The notes under the pieces: generated by a model
What the model saw: only the letters and a program-made list of their open reading frames with translations
Database searches by the model: none
What the model was told of the DNA's origin: nothing
Part shown: one piece after another, positions 12,401-24,400 of the stretch
How positions within the stretch are numbered: the stretch's first letter is position 1
Layout: each line of letters starts with the position of its first letter
Origin: Mobula hypostoma
Lineage: Eukaryota
Reading direction: 5' to 3'
Assembly: GCF_963921235.1 (NCBI RefSeq)
Contig: NC_086097.1
Coordinates: 102,612,001 to 102,676,000, forward strand
Length of the DNA stretch: 64,000 nt
Program-made: the position numbers and the translations under genes

Positions 12401-15400
12401 GAGTGGTGTGCTGCTATCTTCTCCTCCCGCCTTAGAATGTCAGGGTAGCGGTCTGTCACCTGAAGCTTAATAGAAATTGGATGATGCAACAAGATAGTGA
12501 CCTGAAATAGAAGAGTAAGTCAACAACAGAAAGGTTTAAAAAGAAGACAATTCATGTTCCGGAATGGTCAAGTCGGAGTGCAGACCTTAACCCAATTGAG
12601 ATGCTGTGGCATGACCTAAAGAGGGCTGTTCATGCAAGGTATCCCAGAAATATTAATGAACTGAAACAGTTTTGTATGGAAGAGTGGTCTAACATTCCTT
12701 GCCGTTGTGCAAGTCTGATCAGCAGCTGCAGGAAATACTTGGTTGAGGTTATTGCTGCTAAAAGAGGTTCTACCTGTTATTAAGTACATCAGCCTGGACT
12801 GTGAATAATTAAACAATGTGTTCAATAAGGACATGAAAAGTACAATTGTTTGTGTGTTATTAGTTCAGGCAGATAATGTTTGTCCATTATTGGTACTTGG
12901 ATGAAAATCAGACCACATTTTATGAGTAATTAGCGCAGAAAATCGGGTAATTGCAAAGGGTTCACAACTTTTTCTTGCAACTGTATATCACTGCCTTCAC
13001 ATTAATGGGCTTTAAGTCCGAGGATTGTCTTCCCCAGAAGGATTGCAGCAGTTCAGAAAGGTACATCACCACCTCTTCTGGCCAGTTAGGGGTGGTGATA
13101 AAGATTCATCTTAACAAGATGATGGATAATTTTGGTGGATATATGGAATTCTCTGCCCCAGAAGGCTGTGGAGGCCAAGTCTCTGGATGCTTTCAAGAGA
13201 TGGATGGAGTTCTTAAAGATAGCAGAATCAAAGGTTATGGGGATAAGGCAGGAACTGGATACTGATAGTGGATGATCAGCCATGATCACAGTGAATGGCG
13301 GTGCTGGCTCGAAGGGCCGAATGGCCTACTCCTGCACCTATTGTCTATTGTCTAACAACAATGCTGAGGAAAAAATGAATAAATTAAAGTAGATAACCCC
13401 AAGGGTGAAAAAAGTAGGAATTGTATAAAATACAGTGGGAAGATGTGGACAAATAGTTTGTAATATGATAGAAAAGAGCACTGAAATTTCTCTTCCAGTG
13501 TCTGTATCTTTTTTGCAGATATGTGTTAATCAGCAAACCACCTCTTTGGACAGACCGGCAGAGAGAACATTTCCTAGAAGGTTTTAGAACCTTTTTGAAG
13601 CTGTTAAAATCAATGCAGGTGTGTAAAATTACATATCAAATGTACTGTTATGTGCGTTGGCTGTTTTAAGTTATTTTAAATTTTAATATTTTTCTTAGAT
13701 ATCATGATCAAAAGTTCCTTCAGCCCTACAGCCCTCAGAAATATTTATGGTATAATTTTGGCTTCTACTGCTTTCCTAATTTTAATTAAAGCAAACATGT
13801 TAATTTTACTTCAGGCTATCAGTAAACAAGAACCAAAGGAAATAACAGGGTAAACTGTGTTCTGCCTGTGTGACATGTGAGCAATTAGAGAGCAAGAATG
13901 TCTCTGGATTTCCATCATCAACAGAAAATAACTGCAGTTACTCCATTCGTAGGAGTTTAAAGGCATTTAAAAATGTGATGGTGAAAGGGAATTGGCGTTT
14001 TGGTTGGTTCGTTGGGACCTTTATAAGAGGGATGTGTTGCACCGAAATCAGAATGGGATTAGCTTTCTGTGGGGAGTTTCAAGTTGAGCTGGCAGGGCAA
14101 TCAGAATAGATGTACAGTCACCCTGAGAAGAAAAATTAGTCCACTGGACAGAACAGGTGACTAAATGTACATGAGGGAAATTCAAAGATAAATTACATAT
14201 TATTTTAATTTAAGGCTTGAATAAGGTATAAGAACTGGAAGTTCTAATTATCAAAGATCTGTGCCATCACTGAGACATGGTTGAAATATGGGCAGGACTG
14301 TCAGGTATTCTGAAGTACAGACTTTTCATGTGATATTGTGGGGGCTGTGTGGTGTTTGTAAGGAAGTGGTAGCAATGCACTGTTAGGAACTGCATTCATT
14401 CAGTGTTGAGGGAGAATATACAAGAAGGCTTCTCAAGTGTCACCATATGGGTAGAGATAAGGATTAAAAAGGATGTCCTCACTTTGCTGGGTCTTTATTA
14501 CTGATCTGCCAACAATCCACAGGAGAAAGTGGAACAGATATATGTGTAAACACCAGAGAAGTGTAACAAATGTAGGGTTATAGTATTAGGGAATTTCCCA
14601 ATTACTAACCTTAATATAAGGTTTACATAAAAAGTTAAGACTTAACATAAGTGGCTTAGGTAATTTTTGAGAGCTTTTTTGACACGGTATATGGAACCAA
14701 CAAGGAACATGGTGCAGGGGGTGTTGAGGGAGGTATTTTGGAGATGGTGACTACATAAAATGTATAGCGAACCTGGATGCCAAGGGATATCACATGTTGA
14801 ATAAATAGGAACATGGAAGCAAAGGGCAGAACTACAGACGTGGGAGGCCCTTAAGAATATACAAAGTATAGGCAAATGGTTAAAAAAGTTAGGAAAGCAA
14901 AGAGTAGTCACTAGTGTACAGATTTTAAGGCAAATATGAAGGCATTTTATTAGATTAAGAACAAATAATAACCAGGGCAAGAGTAGGGCCCATTAAGTTG
15001 CTCTATGTGGAGCCAGCAGTTATAAATGAGGTGAAAATTTTATATTTTTCATCAGTCTTCACAAAGGAAATGGAATTTGTATTTGGATAAGTTGGTGAAA
15101 AGGAAAGTGAAATTCTGTGGTATCTGCATGAAGAGGAGGTGCTCGATACCATAATAGGCTTTAAGGGTGCATAAATCTCCAGGGCCAGTTAAGATTGTCA
15201 GTGTATCTCAGTAAATGTGATAATAATGAACCAGTGACATGCTTTTGTTTTGCTTACCATTCAGACAGATCATTCCATATATAATGACATTGAGATAGTT
15301 AAAGAAAACAATACTGAGTGCAATATTACATTTACAGAAAGTACAATACAATACAGATAAAATGCAAGATTTGAAGATCGAAGGTCATCTTTTAGTATAC

Positions 15401-18400
15401 GTTCAGGAATCTGATAACAGTGGGATAGAAGCAGTCCATGACCTTGGTGGTTTGTGCTCTCCCACTATGGTATCTTCTCCCTGGCAGCAGAGGAACAGAA
15501 GAGAAAGACTGGGTAGAAGTGGGTCCTTGATTATGTTGTCTGTTTTCTTGAGGCAATGGGAAGTATATATGGAGTCAATGGATTGGTCTAATTTGTATGA
15601 TTTATCCCAGCTACTATGGAAGACAATGCAAGAGATTGTTGGGTTTCTGACAGATTTTAAAATCCTTGACATCCACAAGTGAGGTACCTAATAGCATAAA
15701 TGGCAAGATGCTTCAGTTCCCAATGAGCTCAGAGTCTTTTAATCACTTTTTGAAGGGAAGAAGTAGACTACATTTATGTGAATCTGCACAACATCTGGCA
15801 ATCCTGTGATCTCTGTCTCAGAGGGTGATGCCAGTACATCCTTCAAAAGGGTGTCAGGCCCTGATAATGTACTATTTGACCGGGTACTGAAAACCTGTGC
15901 TAACCAACTGACTGGAGTGAGAGGTTGTTATGTGGTTCAAAAGAGTATTTAGTCATACTGGTGTTGAAGAAGAGTACGGTGAGCTGCTTCAATGACTATC
16001 ATCTAGCATCACTCGCATCTACTGTGATGTAATGTTTTAAGAGGGTGATCATAGCTAGAATAACTCCTGCCCGTGTGGGGTCCTGGACCCACTGCAATTT
16101 ATTTACTGCTTCAACTGTTTATAGTGGGCACAATCTCACTGGGTCTCTTGTTCTGCTTTGGAGCACCAAGACAACAGCAAAATATTCTGTACATCAGGCT
16201 ACTACTCTTTTATAGGCTCAGTGTTCAACACCATCATCCCCTTACTACCTAAACCTGGGCCTCTGCACCTCCCTCTGTCATTGGATCTTCAACTTTCTCA
16301 GGTGACCACAGTGAGTGTGGATAGGTTATACCATCTCATCACTGATAAACACCAAGAAAGGCAGCATGGAAAATCCTGGCAATTGCAATTGATCGAGGCA
16401 TGACTGCGCAAGCATGTGGATATCAGCGAGTTAGACTGGCGGGAAGGATTTAAAAAGAAGACAGCTTTTTCTTCAACAGTTTGATCAAGGGACAACTGCA
16501 CAAACGTGTGGACGTCAGCAAGTTAGACCGGGGAGAAGGATCTAAAAAGAAGACAGCTTTATAAAGCGGGTGACAGAGCCAGAGGGAGAGGGAGTCAGAG
16601 TAGGAGGCCGTGGGTTCCACAGAGCTTCGGCGATAATGGGTCGAGGCAAGGTAAGTTGCCTATGAAGAATAGGAAGTATGTCTGTGAGGCTAGTATTCTG
16701 CACTGGGTGTCAGATGTGGGAAGTCCAGGAGACTCCTAGCCTCGTGGACGGTCACATCTGCGCCAGGTGCGTTGAGCTGCAGCTCCGGAGGAACTGTGTT
16801 AAGGAACTGGAGGTGCAGCCCAATGACCCTTGTCTGGTCAGGGAAAGTGAGCAGGTGATAGATAGGAGCTATAGGCAAGTAGTCACACCGGGGCCTCGGG
16901 AGACAGACAAGTGGGTAAAAGTAAGGAGAGGGAAGAGCAAGAGTCAGATACTAGAGAGTACCCCTATGGCTGTCCCTCTCAACAATAAGTACTCCTGTTT
17001 GAGTACTGTTGGGGAGGAATTGCCTACCTGGGGGAAGCAACAGTGGCCGTGCCTCTGGCACAAAGTCTGGCCCTGTTACTCAAAAAGGTAGGGAAAGGAA
17101 GAGAATGGCAGCAGTGATAGGGTACTCTTCTTCGGTTGTCCATCGAAATCTGATGCTGACGTCCACTCCTTTTAACAGTGAGATCTTTGATGACTATACA
17201 GTCCTATCCGGACCCACAAGCTCTATTGCAGGTGGGACATGTATGTATGGTGGTAGTGGTGGCAACCATGGCTGCATTTCTCCTGGCTCTCTTCTGCTGT
17301 CTTCTGGTTGTTCTTTCTCATCTCCAGAATACGAACCCCATCCCTAAACAGCTGTCGCCAAGGGGACTCTGTAGTTAGAGGGTCAGACAGGCGATTCTGT
17401 GGACGCAGGAAAGAAACATGGATGGTAGTTTGCCTCCCAGGTGCCAGGGTCCGGAATGTTTCTGATCGCATCCGCGATATCCTGAAGTGGGCAGGTGAAC
17501 AGCCAGAGGTCGTGGTACATATTGGTACCAATGACATGGGTAGGAAAAGAGAGGAGGTCCTGAAAACAGACTACAGGGAGTTAGGAAAGAAGCTGAGAAG
17601 CAGGACCTCCAAGGTGGTAATCTCAGGATTACTGTCTCTGCCATGCAACAGTGAATATAGGAATAGAGTGAGGTGGAGGATAAATGTGTGGTTGAGGGAC
17701 TGGAGCAAGGGGCAGGGTTTCAGATTTCTGGATCATTGGGATGACTTTTAGGGCAGATGTGACCTGTACAAAAAGGACAGGTTGCACTTGAATCCGAGGA
17801 GGACCAATATCCTGGCAGGGAGGTTTGCTCAGGCTATTGGGGAGAGTTTAAACTAGAATTGCAGGGGGGGTGGGAACTGAACTGAAGAACTCACAGGTAG
17901 AGAATGCGTGTAGACTGTGAGAGGGAGGATAGGCAGGTGACAGAGAAGGGATGCATTCAGATTGATGGTTTGAGACCTGTCTTATTTTAATGCAAGAAGC
18001 ATCAGGAACAAAGCGGGCGAGCTCAGAGCATGGATCAGTTCTTGGAGCTGTGATGTTGTGGCCATTACAGAGACTTGGATGGCTCGGGGGCAGGAATGGT
18101 TACGTAGAGTGCTAGGCTTTAGATGTTTCAGAGGCATAAGAGGTATTGTCATGGCATTGCTGATCAGAGATAGTGTCATGGCTGCAGAAAAGGAGGAAGT
18201 CATGGAAGAATTGTCTACTGAGTCTTTGTGGATGAAGTTAGAAACAGAAAGGGGTCAATAACTTTGGGTGTTTTTTATAGACCACCCAATAGTTAACAAG
18301 GACATTGAGGAGCAGATAGGGAGACAGATTCTGGAATGGTGCAATAATAACAGGGTTGTCATAATGGGGGATTTTAATTTCCGCAATATTGATTGCCATC

Positions 18401-21400
18401 TCCCTGGAGCAAGGGATTTAGATGGGGTGAAATTTATTAGGTGTGATAAGGATTGTTTCCTGACACAGTATGTGGATAAGCCTACAAAGGAGAGGCTGTA
18501 CATGATCTGGTATTGGGAAATGAATTTGGTCAGGTGTCAGGTCTCTCAGTGGGAGAGAATTTTGGAGATAGTGATCACAATTCTATCTCCTTTACCACAG
18601 CATTGGAGAGGGATAGGAACAGACAAGTTAGGAAAATGTTTAATTGGAGTAAGGGGAAATATGAAGCAGTCAGTCAGGAACTTGGAAGCATAAATTGGGA
18701 ACAGATATTCTCAGGGAAATGTACAGCAGAAATGAGGCAATTGTTCAGGGGATATTTGCGTGGTGTTCTGACAGGTACGTTGCAATGAGACGGAAAGGAT
18801 GGTAGGGTACAGGAACCATGGTATACAAAGGCTGTTGAAAATCTAGTCAACAAGAAAAGAAAGACTTAAGAAAGGTTCAAACAACTAGGTGATGATAGAG
18901 ATCTGGAAGATTATAAGGCTAGCAGGAAGGAGCCCAAGGATGAAATTAGGAGAGCGAGCAGGGGCCATGAGAAGGCCTTGGTGAGCAGGTTTAAGGAAAA
19001 CCCCAAGGCATTCTATAAGTATGTGAAGAGCAAGAGGATAAGATATGAGAGAATAGGACCAATCAAGTGTGACAGTGGAAAAGTGTGTATGGAACCAGAG
19101 AAGGTAGCAGAGGTACTTACTGAATACTTTGCTTCAGTATTCACTATGGAAAAGGACCTTGGCAATTATAGGGATGACTTACAGCAGATTGAAAAGCTTG
19201 AACATTAGACATTAAGAAAGAGGAGGTGCTGGAGCTTTTGGAAAGCATCAAGTTGGATAAGTCACTGGGACCAGATGAGATGTATCCCAGTCTACTGTGG
19301 GAAGCAAAGGAGGAGATTGCTGTGCCTCTGGCGATGATCGTTGTATCATCAATGGGGATGAGAGTGGTTCCGGAGAATTGGAGGGTTGTGGATGTTGTTC
19401 TCTTATTCAAGAAAGGGAGTAGGGATCGCCCAGGAAATTATAGACCAGTGATTCTTACTTCAGTGGTGGGTAAATTGATGGAGAAGATCCTGAGAGGCAG
19501 GATTTATGAACATTTGGAGAGGCATAATATGATTAGGAATAGTCAGCATGGCTTTGTCAAAGGCAGGTTGTGCCTTATGAGCCTGATTGGATTTTTTGAG
19601 AATGTGACTAAACACATTGAAGGTGTATGGATTTAAGCAAGGCATTTGATAAGGTACCCCATTTAAGGCTTATTGAGAAAGTAAGGAAGCATGGGATCCA
19701 AGGGGACATTGCTTTGTGGATCCAGAATTGGCTTGCCCACAGAAGGCAAAGAGTGGTTGTAGACGGGTCAGATTCTGCATGGAGGTTGGTGACCAGTGGT
19801 GTGCCTCAGGGATCTGTTCTGGGACCCCTTCGTGATTTTTATAAATGACCTGGATGAAGAAGTGGAGGGATGAGTTAGTAAATTGGCTGATGACACAAAG
19901 GTTGGGGGTGTTGTGGATAGTGTGGAGGGCTTCAGAGGTTACAGCGGGACATTGATAGGATGCAAAACTGGGCTGAGAAGTGGCAGATGGAGTTCAACCC
20001 AGCTAAGTGTGAGGTGGTTCATTTTGGTGGGTCAAATACAATGGCAGAATATAGTATTAATGGTTAAGACTCTTGGCAGCGTGGAGGATCGGGGGATCTT
20101 GGGGTCCGAGTCCATAGGACACTCATAGCAGCTGCGCAGGTTGACTGTGTGGTTAAGAAGGCATAAGGTGTATTGGCCTTCATCAACTGTGGGATTGGGT
20201 TCAAAAGTCGAGAGGTAATGTTACAGCTATATAGGACCCTGATCAGACCCCACTTGGAGTACTGTGCTCAGTTCTGGTCATGTCAGTGCAGGAAGGAAAT
20301 AGAAACCATAGAAAGGGTGCAGAGGAGATTTACAAGGATGTTGCCTGGATTGGGGAGCATGCCTTATGAGAATAGGTTGAGTGAACTCAGCCTTTTCTCC
20401 TTGGAGCGATGGAAGATGAGAGGTGACCTGATAGAGCTGTATAAGATGATGAGAGGCATTGATCGTGTGGATAGTCAGAGGTTTTTTTTCCCAGGGCTGA
20501 AATGGATAGCACGAGAGGACACAGTTTTAAGGTGCTTTGAAGTAGGTACCAAGGAGATGTCAGGGTAAGTTTTTTACGCAGAGAGTGGTGAGTGCATGGA
20601 ATGGGCTGCCACTGACGTTGGTGGAGGCGGATACAATAAGGTCTTTTAAGAGACTCCTGGAATGGTACATGGAGCTTAGAAAAATGAGGGCTAAGTGTAA
20701 CCTGAGGTAATTTCTAAGGTAAGGACATGTTTGGCACAGCATTGTGGGCCGACGGGCCTGTATTGTGCTGTAGGTTTTCTATGTTTCTATCGTGAGCCTA
20801 ACATCAGAAGTAAGGAATTTAGTGGTGAAAATTGTGAAGGACGAGTAATAATCACTTGGAAATGCAGGGACTGTTCAGAGATGACTAGTATGGCTTTGAC
20901 AAGAGCAGATCTCGTTTGACCAATCTGATTGAATTTTTCTAGGAGGTTACAATGTACATTGATAAGTCAATGCAGTAGATGTGGTTCACATGGACTTTGG
21001 TAAGGCCTTTGACATGATTCGATTTCACTTCGGTAACTAGTCAAAAAGGACTCCAGAACAAGTTGGCAAATTGGACCAAGAATTGACTTGACAATAGGAG
21101 TCAGGATGATACGAAATGTGTGTCTTTGACAAATAGTGTTCCTTGGGGATTGGTGAGTGTTCCTCAGGGAATGGTGAGCAAATGAGTTTTTTTGTTCCAA
21201 CATGTCAGTCCATGGCCGCCTCTACTGTCACGATGTGGCCCACTCAGATTGGAGTAGCAATACCTTGTATTCTGTCAAGATAGCCTTTAATCTGATGGCA
21301 TGAACATCGATTTCTCAAACTTCCAGTAATTAACCCCCCCTTCACCATTCCCCATTCCCATTTCCCTCTCTCAGCCTTATCTCCTTACCTGCCCATTACC

Positions 21401-24400
21401 TCTCTCTGGTGTGACTCTCCTTTCCCTTTCTTCCATGGCTTTTTGTGTCTCTGATCAAATTACCCCTTCTCCAGCCCTATAGCTCAGAAAAATAGAGGGC
21501 TATGTGGAGGGAAATTTTAGGCTGAAGGGCCTGTAATGTGTTGTAGATTTCTGTGTTTCTATACCTCTTTTACCAATCGACTTCCCAGCTCTGTACTTCA
21601 CTCCTACCCTTGCCTGGTTTCACCTATCAATTATACCTTGTATTACTTCCCCTCCTTCCCCCACCTTCTTACTGTAACTTCTCATCTCTTTTTTCCAGTC
21701 CTGATGAAGAGTCTCGGCCTGAAATGTCGACTGATAACTCTTTTCCATAGATGCTGCCTGGTCTGCTGAGTTCCTTCAGCATTTTGTGTGTATTGCATTG
21801 TTTTCCAGCTTCTGCAGATTTTCTCTTGTTTTAGGTTTTTGTTGGTTGTCTGTGACTGGTGGTGTTCCTCAGGGATTGGTGTGGAGTCCTTTGCTGTTTG
21901 TTACATTCATGAATGATTTTGATGTGGATGTAGGAGGCTTGATCACTTAGCTGTCAGGTGACGCTAAGACTTGCGAAGAAGTTGAGGATAGTTAGAGGTT
22001 ACAAGGTGGTATTAATGTGTTGTGAAATGGGTTGAGAAATGGCAGATGGAGTTTAAACCAGGAAAATGAGGTAATGCACTATGGGAGTACTACCAATCCA
22101 AAGATATTTACCATAATGGTAGGTCCTGGAGAATATTGAAGAACAGAGTGATGTTGGTGTGTAAGTCAATCCTTAAAAGTGGTAGGTAATGTAGTTAAAA
22201 GGTATATGGGATACTAGCCTTCATGAAGTAGTACATTGAACACAAGGACAGGGAGGTTATGCTCCAACTTTATAAAACATTGTCAGACCTCAGCTGGACT
22301 ACTTTGTGCAGTTTTGGTCAGCACGCAATAGGAAAAACGATGTGTATTGGAGATTCACCAAGATGTTCGCTGGAATAGAGTATTGTAGTTAGGAGGAGAG
22401 ATTTGAGTGCTTAGGTCTGTTTTCCCTGGAGCAGAGGAGATATAATTGAGGTATAAAAATTAACCATAGTGTAGAGTGCAGGAATGTTTTCACTCTATCA
22501 GAGGTGTAAAAAACTGGAGGACATGGATTTGGGTGTTAAGGGGTAATAGATTAAGAGGGATTAAGACTGGTATGTGCCTGGAATATATTGCAAGGGGCAG
22601 AGGTGGAAGCAGAGTCAGTGACATCATTTTAGTGTCTAAAGTGAGTACTTAAATTACCTAGTCTTGGGCCAAATGCTGTCAGATGGGATTAATAACAGAT
22701 GGGTGCTCACTGGTCATTGTGGATGTGATAGGCTGAATGACCTGCTTTCCTACTGTATGACTACTAAGGAAATTTGAGGAGTAAGAGATTTCAGGATAGT
22801 AATGTTATTTTGTCAAATATTAAATAAAATTTGATGGAGGTAAAGTTGAGTGTTCATAAAAAGCTATAAACTGTGGTGTTGTCAGAGTCCTGATGAAGGG
22901 TCTCATCTCAAAAGGTCGAGTTTACTCTTATCCATCAATGCTGCCTGGCTTGCTGAGGTCCTCCAGCATTTTGTGTTTGTTTGCTGAGGTTACACTTTGT
23001 AGGATTTCTTGACTAATCATCAAGCGTTACCTCATTGTTCTCCGGAGATCAGAGAGCCATTTGCTTCTGGTCAGTATCAGATCATAATGAAACTTTCATT
23101 CAACCAATCAATCAGTCATTTGAACCTGTCAGACATTATTTTTGGGAAGCATACTTGATTTTCTGATCAAATGTTTCTAAACCTATTACTTCTTTCTTTA
23201 TTTCTGGTAAATGTTAATTGCATGATGAACAGGCTTTTTGTCCCTTTGTTATGGAATATTCCACTTGGAGCAGCAAGTCAAAAAGCCCTTCCCAGCCACG
23301 TACTTGATTACAGAGAACATGCCTGACTGTTTAATAGGACAGGACTATTTGTTCTTTTACTTATTGCACTGATATACCATACAGTTAGAGTTGTAACTTC
23401 AAATGATTATTCACACTTTATGGTCAGTTCTAAGAATAACAAAAGCAACTTTGGTAACTTTTTAATATTTATCTTAATCAATGTGATTCAAGATTGAGAA
23501 AGAAGATTGTTGTTTTGTTTGTCAGTAACCTTTGTTTGTATGCGTGAATAAGAAAGTTGCATTTTTGAAGGAATTAATTCATTTTGTTTTGGAACAAAAA
23601 GTGAACTGGTTAATTTTATGCAGAACATGGAGCCAGTGAGCCGCCAGATTGGGCAACACCTTGAGATAGAGCCAGAGTGGGTACAAGCATTCAATATCCA
23701 AATGCTTCTGAAATGTATTCTGTCCATGATTCGGGAATGGTGTGCATCTGATGTAAGTACTGTGATTCTATCTGTGTTCATAAGCTTCCCGTTTACTGTG
23801 CCACAGTAGTTGAAAGAAAAAACAAATGTAAGCTGTTTCCCTTCATCCAGGACTGGATAAGTTCTAAGAATATGTCAGCCACTCATTGTAGAATATAATT
23901 AGGTTGACTATCTATATTCCACAATAAATGTTCAAAACTCCATCTGCTGCAGTAAAGCTAATTAACAACATGTTCTGAACCCTGAGATTCGATTAAGCAG
24001 AGGCTGATTTTCAGATACCATGATTATGAGGCACTGATCTAATCAGGAAGGTACAAGGTACTAATGTAGCTCTAGCCCCAGTAAGAGAGCCTGCCTTTAG
24101 AATATCTCTCACTGCTTAACTCTTTACAAACTGTATGCGATAGCTGTGCTATGCTAATTGGTCATGTTAATCAATAGTCAATTTTATATGACTGTGTTCT
24201 TCTTTTGCCCCATACATTTGACATACATTGTTGCAGATTTTCTTGTTTTACATTTTTGAGAGGATTTGCAGTGGTTGGAGAGGTACTTCTGAACTGAGAT
24301 TTTACCAATTTACTGATCATTTTGAAACTATACCAGTAGAGGGAAATTAGTTGATCACAGGAATATTTGCCACGAATATGGACATGAATTTTTTTTAATG

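Larger units (their letters stand above)
20800..22765 (+). mobile_element. Old CR1 RT/3' fragment, interrupted by the PLE at about 21196-21832
   Basis: [23 protein letters not shown] and QLYKTL remnants on both sides of the PLE. Confidence 0.7.

Noticed and set aside
12310..12405. Minus-strand CTGATGA near the 5' end of the nested retroposon as another hammerhead
   Set aside because: No stem II followed by GAAA and NUH at a suitable spacing, and no convincing stem I.
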